Below are positions 56,333-63,908 of a stretch of DNA of 64,000 bases, in pieces. The first letter of the stretch is position 1; each line of letters starts with the position of its first letter. A model generated the notes under the pieces. It was not told the origin of the DNA. It saw only the letters and a program-made list of their open reading frames with translations, and ran no database searches. The DNA comes from a virus (Duplodnaviria; Heunggongvirae; Uroviricota; Caudoviricetes), in IMG/VR virus record IMGVR_UViG_3300017987_000047; one strand, given 5' to 3'. The position numbers were made by a program, and so were the translations under genes.

Positions 56333-56584
56333 ATGAAAATTCCAATTGAGAAGCAGCATAGATTATTTAAAAATGTAGGCTCTATCCCATATCTCTATTT
56401 TTCAAAATCCAGAGTCTATTCAATTGGAAAATCAGAACATGCTACCATATATCCGGCAAGGACGGCAACGGAGTACAAGGTAATGAAGGCCGAAGAAGAA
56501 GTCCCCCTAACTACTCTATTAACTCATCCAAGCCCAAAAATAAGGAAGTGGGCGAAGAGGGTCACTAACCAAAAAACCTCTTAG
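56333..56584 (+). CDS. LT-box protein
   Basis: LLTHPSPKIRKWAK. Confidence 0.8.
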   Translation: MKIPIEKQHRLFKNVGSIPYLYFSKSRVYSIGKSEHATIYPARTATEYKVMKAEEEVPLTTLLTHPSPKIRKWAKRVTNQKTS

Positions 56585-56596
56585 GATTAAGTTGAA

Positions 56597-57181
56597 ATGC
56601 GTATTACAGAAGCTTGTTTTAGTTTCTTTGGTGGCCTTCAAAAAGTAAGGATTCTGCCGAAGTCCCGAAGAACAATTATTATTGGCCATAACGGGTCAGG
56701 CAAAACAACTTTGCTAAAAACTTTATATACATATTTTAAAGGAGACCATATCTTACAGGAAGAAGAGGCGGTTAAAACTGACTTAGAGTTTTCTCGCCTT
56801 GCTTTTGTTTGGGCAGCAGTTGGAGAACAAATAGGGGACGATACAATAAAGGCTCCTATCCTTGGGAATCATAATGATCATTTTGATACCCATGATATTT
56901 TGAAAAAGGTAATTTCAGAATTTGACCTGGACCCAAACAAACTAAAGAAAAGTAAGGCAGGGGGCCATTTAAGACTTTACGCGATGCTTGAAGCTGCGGC
57001 GAAAATTTCGCCGGATGGGATTTTACTTGTTGATGAACTTGGGAGACATTTACAAATTGAGACCCAATATTTATTAGTCAAAGCATTAACAAGCATTCTA
57101 CCTGAAGGGCATCTTATTGGGACAACCCATTCTCCATGTGTTCTTTCTAACCGCGATGATGATGAAATCATAACACTTTAA
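56597..57181 (+). CDS. ABC-type/AAA ATPase (AAA_15/AAA_21-like)
   Basis: Walker A GHNGSGKT, Walker B LLVDE, H-loop TTHSP. Confidence 0.8.
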   Translation: MRITEACFSFFGGLQKVRILPKSRRTIIIGHNGSGKTTLLKTLYTYFKGDHILQEEEAVKTDLEFSRLAFVWAAVGEQIGDDTIKAPILGNHNDHFDTHDILKKVISEFDLDPNKLKKSKAGGHLRLYAMLEAAAKISPDGILLVDELGRHLQIETQYLLVKALTSILPEGHLIGTTHSPCVLSNRDDDEIITL

Positions 57182-57183
57182 AA

Positions 57184-57558
57184 ATGTTTGAACCATATAC
57201 ATTAGTGAAAATAAAGTTTATCCCTTCCTCCCCATACTCGGTTCAAAGAAAAGAAGAAGAGGAAATCGCCTTTGGAATTTTTAAAAGAATAGCGTACGGA
57301 AAACACCGTAAAAGTAAAATGTCAAAAATGTATTTTGAAGTTGACACTATTATCCCTACCGAAAACTGTTGGAATTTTGGGGACTCCCCAGAATTTCTTG
57401 ACGATGCCCACCTTTCCCTTTCTAACTGTGACTTCGAGCAGCTTTCTTTTGACGCCGCTCCCGATTTTATTAAAGAACTTTTACTCTCCCCTACTGCACT
57501 AACACATAAATGCTCGGGTATTAGAGTTTTGGCGAGAAGATTGCAAAATGCTATCTAG
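57184..57558 (+). CDS. LT-box protein
   Basis: ALTHKCSGIRVLAR. Confidence 0.8.
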   Translation: MFEPYTLVKIKFIPSSPYSVQRKEEEEIAFGIFKRIAYGKHRKSKMSKMYFEVDTIIPTENCWNFGDSPEFLDDAHLSLSNCDFEQLSFDAAPDFIKELLLSPTALTHKCSGIRVLARRLQNAI

Positions 57559-57946
57559 ATTTCAAAGAAGAAAGGGAAATAGCGCCTGGTATAACTATAT
57601 CCGGTTTAAGTCCTACCTTGCCATTCCTATCTTCCCAATACTATTAATATTAACTGGAATTTTTGTTCTTGTAACTTTTAGTTGTTTATACTTGGGTCGG
57701 CTATACGAAAAAGTTAGGGGGTGTAATTGTTCTGGAAGTTGGTTTTTCTCATGGCCGTCACACAAGGATTATAACTACAACAACAAATGTCCTTACCATT
57801 ACGGGGTACTCCGAGCGAAAGAAGAGTTCGAGATATCTCTGGGGGAGGGGACAGACCCACGGGCCCTATTAACATCCCAAAATAAGTATATACGTAAATA
57901 TGCTAAAAGGCACTTAAAGAAATGCGCACGTCAATCAGTGAAATAA
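57548..57946 (+). CDS. LT-box membrane protein with a CxC..CPYH domain
   Basis: TM segment; LLTSQNKYIRKYAK; paralog of the next gene. Confidence 0.8.
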   Translation: MLSRFQRRKGNSAWYNYIRFKSYLAIPIFPILLILTGIFVLVTFSCLYLGRLYEKVRGCNCSGSWFFSWPSHKDYNYNNKCPYHYGVLRAKEEFEISLGEGTDPRALLTSQNKYIRKYAKRHLKKCARQSVK

Positions 57947-58272
57947 TTGGGTTTGCTATTTCGGTTATCCTTTCTGGCCTTTTTCCACAATATATTCTGG
58001 TCATTATCCCCCTTGTGTTTGGTTCAATGATTCTTTATCAAAAATCCCACGGCTGTACTTGCTTTTCTTGGAATGCCTCCCTACCTGACCGGCGGGATAT
58101 CCCATGTCCTTATCATAGCCAGCTCTACGCAAAGGAAGAGGTTAAGAATGCAGCAAAATCAGGGAGGGGTGCCATTACTTCTCTCCTAACATCCAAGAAT
58201 AAGTATTTCAGGTCTGCCGCAAGAGAGTTTCTTAAGAAACACCCCTTAACCAAAGGAAAAGACAATGAGTGA
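57922..58272 (+). CDS. LT-box membrane protein with a CxC..CPYH domain
   Basis: TM segment; LLTSKNKYFRSAAR. Confidence 0.8.
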   Translation: MRTSISEIIGFAISVILSGLFPQYILVIIPLVFGSMILYQKSHGCTCFSWNASLPDRRDIPCPYHSQLYAKEEVKNAAKSGRGAITSLLTSKNKYFRSAAREFLKKHPLTKGKDNE

Positions 58273-59209
58273 AATTATCGTAATCGTTGGGTACCCCGCC
58301 GCCGGAAAATCCTCTCTCTGCAAGGAGTTTGAGGATCAGGGTTATATGCGGGTTAACCGTGATACCTTGGGCGGAACTCTAAAAGACCTTGCTGAATACG
58401 CAAAGAAGCTTATTAGCGAAGGGAAAAAGAAACTTGTTCTCGACAACACTTATGGCACGATTGAAAGCCGTAAGGTTGTAATTGAGCTTGGGAAAGAAAC
58501 AAACATCCCTGTTCGTTGTGTTTGGCTTGATACCAGTATTGAAGATTCCCAATTCAATGCCTGCATGAGGATGATGCAACGGTTTGGGAAGGTTCTAGCC
58601 CCAGACGAGATTAAGAAAAAGAAAGACCCTAACACTTTCCCGGCGGCAGTACAATTCAAGTATCGGAAGGCTTTTGAAAAACCAAAGAAAGAGGAAGGGT
58701 TTACGTCTATAGAGAAAAGGAAGTTTGAGCGAGTCCTAGATCCGGAGTATTGTAACTCTGCTTTGATTCTTGACTACGATGGGTGTCTCAGAGAAACAAA
58801 AAGCGATAAAAAATACCCCACCAGCCCAGATGATATCCGAATTCTTCCGGGAAGGGGGGAGAAGCTTAAGAAGCTACTTAAAGATGATCCCTCGCTATTA
58901 TTGTTGGGGGCTTCAAATCAAAGTGGAATCGCAAAGGGTGTTTTATCGGAAGAAGACGCCCGAGCTTGCTTCGATTTCACGAATAAGGAGCTCGGGGTTG
59001 ATATCGAATATCGTTTCTGCCCCCATAAGGTCCCACCAATTTCTTGCTTCTGCCGGAAACCGATGCCTGGGATTGGCGTTTATTTTGTCGAAAAGTACAA
59101 ACTGAATCCTGAAAAGGTAACAATGGTTGGGGATATGAAATCAGATGAGACTTTCGCTAAACGGTGTGGGTTTAAGTTTATTCATTCTGACGATTTTTTC
59201 AAGGTATAA
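58265..59209 (+). CDS. Polynucleotide kinase / HAD-IIIA phosphatase fusion (PNKP-like)
   Basis: GYPAAGKS, VLDNT kinase domain; LDYDG, SNQSG, RKP.PG, VGD..SD phosphatase domain. Confidence 0.8.
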   Translation: MSEIIVIVGYPAAGKSSLCKEFEDQGYMRVNRDTLGGTLKDLAEYAKKLISEGKKKLVLDNTYGTIESRKVVIELGKETNIPVRCVWLDTSIEDSQFNACMRMMQRFGKVLAPDEIKKKKDPNTFPAAVQFKYRKAFEKPKKEEGFTSIEKRKFERVLDPEYCNSALILDYDGCLRETKSDKKYPTSPDDIRILPGRGEKLKKLLKDDPSLLLLGASNQSGIAKGVLSEEDARACFDFTNKELGVDIEYRFCPHKVPPISCFCRKPMPGIGVYFVEKYKLNPEKVTMVGDMKSDETFAKRCGFKFIHSDDFFKV

Positions 59210-59253
59210 AATTCTGTAGATTGCCGTAGGCCTAAGCAACAGAAAGGCAACTG

Positions 59254-60333
59254 ATGGACAGCAAGGAAATAAAACCAGGGTTCTACTGGTGTGAATGGAA
59301 TCATGGGCCTATCCAAAAAGTTGTAGGATACTACGTCGAAGATAGGTTATATTTCTCAGCGTGGGGAGGTCATCCGGGTGGCTGGTGGGCTGAGTATATC
59401 GCAAAACGAGCGAAACGGCTTATTCCAATCCCGGATAAACCGCCGAAGCAAGGGGTATCGGCGAAAGAGGACACAATGTCTCATACCCCTAAGTGGTTAG
59501 TTGTTTATTCGGGTAGTAAATTCGCACAGGATGCTGCTAATAAAATTTGTGGCTTGCTACAAAAACGCAGGATCGATTTTGAAAAATGTTCTGTTTTCGA
59601 AATTTCAAAGAAAATACCGCTCGAAATTCAACAAACTTTCAACCTAGCTATTGTCTGTGGTGGAGACGGTACAATTCTTGGAACTCAACGGCAGCTTAAA
59701 GTCGAAAATCTCCCCCTAGTTGGAGTCAACCTGGGCCGATTGGGCTTTCTTGCTGAATTTGAATTTTCAAAATTCGAAGAAAAGATTGACCAGTTAGCCG
59801 AAAAATTCGAATTACGCAACCGGTTAAGGTTAAGAACAACTCTTTCTCGGAATAATAAAGTTATCTTCGAAGAAATTGCATTAAACGAAGCAGCGATAAC
59901 CCAATCAGGGATTTCCCGTATGGTTGGGGTAAACGTTTTCATAAACAATCAATTTTGTGGAAATATTCAAGGAGATGGGTTATTGATCGCAACCCCATCT
60001 GGGTCTACTGCCTACTCCTTAGCAGCAGGAGGATCTCTAGCACACCCGGAATTAGAGACAATTCTATTAACGCCCATTTGTTCCCATTCCTTAACAGTAC
60101 GTCCTATTATCTTGCCGCCGGATCGAAATATAAAAGTGAAACTGATGGATGACAGAAAAGCCGCAACCGTTGTTACGGTTGATGGGCAGGTTTCAGTCGA
60201 GATGCAAGTGGGCGACGAGTTACTTGTTTCTAGAGCTCCAGATTTATTGACTGTTAAATCCACAACACATAACTTCTTCGATGCCTTGCAAACAAAACTA
60301 AATTGGTCTGGGCATGCAAACCTCCCACAATAA
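59254..60333 (+). CDS. nadK: NAD+ kinase with a 74-aa N-terminal extension (internal start likely at 59476)
   Basis: GGDGT, GVNLGRLGFL, LNE, GDGLLIATPSGSTAYSLAAGG. Confidence 0.9.
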   Translation: MDSKEIKPGFYWCEWNHGPIQKVVGYYVEDRLYFSAWGGHPGGWWAEYIAKRAKRLIPIPDKPPKQGVSAKEDTMSHTPKWLVVYSGSKFAQDAANKICGLLQKRRIDFEKCSVFEISKKIPLEIQQTFNLAIVCGGDGTILGTQRQLKVENLPLVGVNLGRLGFLAEFEFSKFEEKIDQLAEKFELRNRLRLRTTLSRNNKVIFEEIALNEAAITQSGISRMVGVNVFINNQFCGNIQGDGLLIATPSGSTAYSLAAGGSLAHPELETILLTPICSHSLTVRPIILPPDRNIKVKLMDDRKAATVVTVDGQVSVEMQVGDELLVSRAPDLLTVKSTTHNFFDALQTKLNWSGHANLPQ

Positions 60334-60395
60334 TCTTTTAATCTTTAGGCCAAAAATTAGTATAAAGGAGGAAGAACTCTATTAGAAAGGCCAGA

Positions 60396-60965
60396 ATGAT
60401 TGAGAGACAAACAAAGGCAGGGATTATTCAAACTTCCTCCGGATTGAAATTTGATATTTGCAATCCAAATCCCGAGCTAATAAATATTGAAGATATTGCG
60501 GATGCGCTTTCAAAACTTTGCCGGTTTGGAGGCCATACGACATCGTTCTATAGTGTAGCGCAACATTGTTGCCTTGTTGCCTTACAACTCCCCCTTGACC
60601 TAGCCATGTGGGGTTTATTGCACGACGCATCGGAGGCTTACTTAGTTGACATTCCATCCCCGATTAAAAAGTTACTTCCGACTTATATTGAGTTTGAAGA
60701 AGGGTTACACCAAGCAGTTGCGAAGAAGTTTGACCTTTCTTGGCCTATGCCAGAGGCTGTGAAATGGGCCGATGAAATTGCGCTGGCAACGGAAGCCCGA
60801 GACCTTATGGGAAGCGTTGGGAAAAAACGATGGGGAAGCCTTAAAGGCATTCCAATGCTTCAAGATAAAGTTGTCCCCGTTACGTCAGATGTTGCGTATC
60901 GGGATTTTCTCAAACACTATGAGATTTTAAGTAATTTCATAGAACACCAAAAGGAAGCTTCTTAG
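60396..60965 (+). CDS. HD-domain 5'-deoxynucleotidase-like (YfdR/YfbR type)
   Basis: CRFGGH..FYSVAQH..LLHDASEAY..DIPSP.K. Confidence 0.85.
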   Translation: MIERQTKAGIIQTSSGLKFDICNPNPELINIEDIADALSKLCRFGGHTTSFYSVAQHCCLVALQLPLDLAMWGLLHDASEAYLVDIPSPIKKLLPTYIEFEEGLHQAVAKKFDLSWPMPEAVKWADEIALATEARDLMGSVGKKRWGSLKGIPMLQDKVVPVTSDVAYRDFLKHYEILSNFIEHQKEAS

Positions 60966-61336
60966 GTGGGCAGGTAACCGCGGCAGCAATGTCGAGGAAA
61001 GTCCGGACTCCCCAGAGCAAGAAAGTCGCTAACAGCGACCGGGCGCGAGCCTAGGGAAAGTGCCACAGAAAATAAACCGCCGATGGCCCTCTTTGGGCAC
61101 AGGTGACGATGAAAAGGTGGGGTAAGAGCCCACCGCCGTTTCTGGCGACAGAGCGGGCATGGTAAACCCTTTCTGGAGCAAGCTCAAACAGACTGGAGGT
61201 GTTGCTCGCACCATTTGACAGTCGGGTAGAGTGCAGGAGGCAAAAGCCCCTACTCAGGTCGCGCCAGGACCCAAAAAATAGCCTGAGTAAGATGAATGGT
61301 TACCCAACGACAGAATCCGGCTTATTCCTACCTAAG
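60961..61336 (+). ncRNA. rnpB: RNase P RNA, bacterial type A
   Basis: GAGGAAAGTCCGGACTC, AGTGCCACAGAAA, GGTAAACCC..GAGCAAG, AGATGAATG, ACAGAATCCGGCTTA; P1 CTTAGGTGGG/CCTACCTAAG. Confidence 0.95.
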
Positions 61337-61372
61337 CAAGTTTTCCCTTCCCTCAGCCAACGGAAAAAATTA

Positions 61373-61636
61373 ATGGCTACTCCAAAAGCACACCTTGTCC
61401 CTGGAAACAAAGTTGTTGTTACTAATAAAGGAAAAGGCATTAACACTCCGGTAATATTAACGGCTAAACCCGGGTCCGCTTTAAGTGGGTTTTGCGAGCC
61501 CCCTATTGGGACAATTCTTAAGATTCTCGGCCCTCCTAGAAGGACTGAAGGAATTAACACCATTAAGGTAGAGTGTGGAGAACAGATTTTTGAAGCCTAC
61601 TACTGTACGATAAGGTATAGTACGGAACCTGTCTAA
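61373..61636 (+). CDS. Hypothetical protein
   Basis: Start moved downstream of rnpB. Confidence 0.6.
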   Translation: MATPKAHLVPGNKVVVTNKGKGINTPVILTAKPGSALSGFCEPPIGTILKILGPPRRTEGINTIKVECGEQIFEAYYCTIRYSTEPV

Positions 61637-61667
61637 CCATTTCTAACCTCGAGCAAGGAGAAAGCCG

Positions 61668-62225
61668 ATGATCGTAAATGTTATCAACCCAGAGGCCTAT
61701 AATCCCTTCACCCGAACCCAAGAAGAACTTCAAATGGGGTTTAGAGAAGACCAAGAATCTGCAAGGGAGGTTTTTGAAGAATGGAATAAGGATATTGACT
61801 TTCCAGATTTTTCCCTACCCCCCAAACAATGGGTTGCACAAATCCCCGATAAATTTAAGTTCAAGGTTCCGAAAGGCACAAAAATTCTATTTGCCACCTA
61901 CGGGGAAGAGGATGAAACTGAAGGGGATTTTAAAGGAACTGCGCTAGAAAAAGATAGCAGCGGCCTTGTTGGTTTAAATGGGGACTGGTCCACTCTTCCA
62001 GAGTTTGAGCTTATTGTAGATGACGACGAAACTTTTGTTATTAACGTTGATCTTGCTCGTTATGGTGACGATATTTTCACAAATGACCAGGTAGTTTGGA
62101 TGGTTGATAAGGCAGGTAATCTTTATCAGCTAGGGGGTGAACCGGCAGGATGTACAAAAAAAGACCCCGATTCTATTAATCCTTCTCTTTTTAATCTTTA
62201 TGATTATGTTGTAAAACACCAATAA
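61668..62225 (+). CDS. Hypothetical acidic protein
   Basis: AAGGAG SD. Confidence 0.75.
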   Translation: MIVNVINPEAYNPFTRTQEELQMGFREDQESAREVFEEWNKDIDFPDFSLPPKQWVAQIPDKFKFKVPKGTKILFATYGEEDETEGDFKGTALEKDSSGLVGLNGDWSTLPEFELIVDDDETFVINVDLARYGDDIFTNDQVVWMVDKAGNLYQLGGEPAGCTKKDPDSINPSLFNLYDYVVKHQ

Positions 62226-62226
62226 T

Positions 62227-62256
62227 CTATCGTTTAACTTAAGATCTTCCTTATAT
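62227..62256 (+). promoter_or_regulatory. Class-A promoter motif
   Basis: CTATCGTT-N17-TATAT. Confidence 0.6.
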
Positions 62257-62335
62257 AATTGCTATAGAGGATTATACAAAGCAGTTAACCCAATTCCGGG
62301 ATTTACGTTTTAGAAAAGGAAACCGGGGATTAAAG

Positions 62336-63046
62336 ATGGATAAAACATCACTAGGCGATCGAATGAAACGTTTCGAGGGGATTACTAATCCAGTTGTTGT
62401 CCCCCGAATGCCCATTATTTTGCGGGTTGATGGAAAAGCTTTCCACAACTGGGTAAAGAAAATTAATGCCGAAAAGCCCTTTGACCAGCGGCTACTTGAC
62501 GCAATGGGCGATACAGCAATTGAGCTTTGCCAAGAGATTCAGGGGGCTGTTTTTGCTTATCAGCAATCCGACGAAATCTCAATCTTGATTCACCCTTACC
62601 AGAATCTTGAAAGCCAGCCGTGGTTTGGCGGTAAATTACAAAAGATGGTTTCAATCTCTGCCGCAACTGCGAGTTCCTTTATGTCCCTGCGGTTTGGCAT
62701 TAAAACTATCTTCGATTCAAGGGTTTTTGTTCTCCCAGAAAATGAGGTTATTAACTATTTCATCTGGCGCCAACAGGATGCCTCCCGAAACTCTGTCCAG
62801 ATGGTGGCAAGAAGCAAGTTTTCACACAAGGCTTGCAACAATAAGTCCTGTAATGAGTTGCAAGAGATGCTTTGGCAAGAACATAACCTTAACTGGAACG
62901 ATCTGCCTCCCGTTCAGAAGCGTGGGCTTGGTATTCTCCGGAGAGACGGGAAATGGGATAAGGATTTTGATATCCCAATCTTTACTCAGGATAGGGATTA
63001 CATTAAAAACTTATTTTTCCAGAAAACTGAGGAAGTAAAAGAGTAA
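62336..63046 (+). CDS. thg1: tRNA(His) guanylyltransferase / Thg1-like protein
   Basis: RVDGKAFH, QSDEIS, FDSRV, YFIWRQQD..RNS, KRG. Confidence 0.95.
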   Translation: MDKTSLGDRMKRFEGITNPVVVPRMPIILRVDGKAFHNWVKKINAEKPFDQRLLDAMGDTAIELCQEIQGAVFAYQQSDEISILIHPYQNLESQPWFGGKLQKMVSISAATASSFMSLRFGIKTIFDSRVFVLPENEVINYFIWRQQDASRNSVQMVARSKFSHKACNNKSCNELQEMLWQEHNLNWNDLPPVQKRGLGILRRDGKWDKDFDIPIFTQDRDYIKNLFFQKTEEVKE

Positions 63047-63069
63047 TAATCTATTAATATAAGGATTGG
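63042..63069 (+). promoter_or_regulatory. Class-B upstream motif
   Basis: GTAATAATCTATTAATATAAGGATTGG. Confidence 0.6.
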
Positions 63070-63108
63070 CCTTCAAACGCTGATCTATTTCATAGGAGGT
63101 CAAAGGCA

Positions 63109-63207
63109 ATGGAACAAAACTATATCCACATCCGCCACTCACATCTGAGGCACTCCTATCTTCATCGCCCTGGTACGGGCCTACGACTTAAGCGAAAACA
63201 TAGCTAA
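63109..63207 (+). CDS. Putative leader peptide MEQNYIHIRHSHLRHSYLHRPGTGLRLKRKHS (32 aa, His-rich)
   Basis: AGGAGGT SD 8 nt before ATG; 6 His, 5 Arg, 4 Leu, 2 Lys, 2 Gly. Confidence 0.65.
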   Translation: MEQNYIHIRHSHLRHSYLHRPGTGLRLKRKHS

Positions 63208-63300
63208 GACTTCACATTAAAAATTCGTCTGGGATGGCAGCTACCACAATAGGATATCTTTCTAGTGGTAGGGGAAAATTGGGGTTTAATCGTGTATTTT

Positions 63301-63373
63301 GGGTCCATAGCTCAGCAGGCAGAGCAGCGGCCTTTTAAGCCGATGGTCGGGGGTTCGATTCCCTCTGGACCCA
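63301..63373 (+). tRNA. tRNA-Lys(TTT)
   Basis: GGGTCCA/TGGACCC, loop CTTTTAA. Confidence 0.95.
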
Positions 63374-63379
63374 TAGAAA

Positions 63380-63450
63380 GCGATGCTAGCATAATGGGAA
63401 TGCACCGGATTGCCGGTCCGGGTATACGAGTTCGATTCTCGTGCGTCGCT
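63380..63450 (+). tRNA. tRNA-Gly(GCC)
   Basis: GCGATGC/GCGTCGC, CCGGA-TTGCCGG-TCCGG, U73. Confidence 0.9.
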
Positions 63451-63454
63451 TAAA

Positions 63455-63530
63455 AGTCCTGTGGGCAAGTTGGCAAAGCCGCCTGAATGAGGTTCAGGAG
63501 ATTTTGAGGGTTCGACCCCCTCCAGGACTA
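63455..63530 (+). tRNA. tRNA-Leu(GAG), short variable region
   Basis: AGTCCTG/CAGGACT, CCTGA-ATGAGGT-TCAGG, A73. Confidence 0.85.
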
Positions 63531-63573
63531 TGTGACGTTGTTCGGTTTCTCTACTTTTATGGAGAAGATTGAA

Positions 63574-63825
63574 ATGCGGAATATCAAGGTATTCAAGTTT
63601 AGCGAGTTGCCAAAGGCCTATGCGGCAACGGTTCTAGAAGATGCCCCATCAATGAATGCCGATGGAAGGTATTGGTTCAAGTTTGTAGGTAATGTGGTTG
63701 AGGATGCGGCAGTTGACCCAAAAGGATTTGACCCTGAATATGTTGAGATTTATCGGGAAGCAGATGTATTCTTCTATGAAAGTGGGTGCGAAAACGGGGA
63801 ATCAATCCTAATTGAACAAGATTAA
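63574..63825 (+). CDS. Hypothetical protein inside the tRNA cluster
   Basis: GGAG SD before ATG 63574. Confidence 0.65.
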   Translation: MRNIKVFKFSELPKAYAATVLEDAPSMNADGRYWFKFVGNVVEDAAVDPKGFDPEYVEIYREADVFFYESGCENGESILIEQD

Positions 63826-63830
63826 CTGCT

Positions 63831-63903
63831 GGGAGTGTAGCTCAATTGGAAGAGCTCCAACCTCTTAAGTTGGATGTTTGGGGTTCAAGTCCCCACACTC
63901 CCA
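63831..63903 (+). tRNA. tRNA-Lys(CTT)
   Basis: GGGAGTG/CACTCCC, CCAAC-CTCTTAA-GTTGG. Confidence 0.95.
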
Positions 63904-63908
63904 TATAT

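Noticed and set aside
56597-57181. ATPase as part of a named defence system (OLD, AbiE, Septu, PARIS)
   Set aside because: No recognisable partner nuclease or TOPRIM domain is adjacent.
2014-58272. LT-box as a DNA repeat, integron attC site or DGR variable repeat
   Set aside because: Codons vary freely, the motif is in frame inside genes, there is no palindromic cassette boundary, and no integrase or reverse transcriptase is in the window.
61029-61372. ORF 61029-61214(-) and the 5' extension of 61199-61636
   Set aside because: They lie within the RNase P RNA.
2037-62666. Numerous short minus-strand and alternate-frame ORFs
   Set aside because: They are nested in well-supported + strand genes and lack SDs or motifs; only the HNH gene and TnpB are credible on the - strand.
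63265-63468. ORFs 63265-63453(+) and 63286-63468(-)
   Set aside because: They overlap tRNA-Lys and tRNA-Gly.
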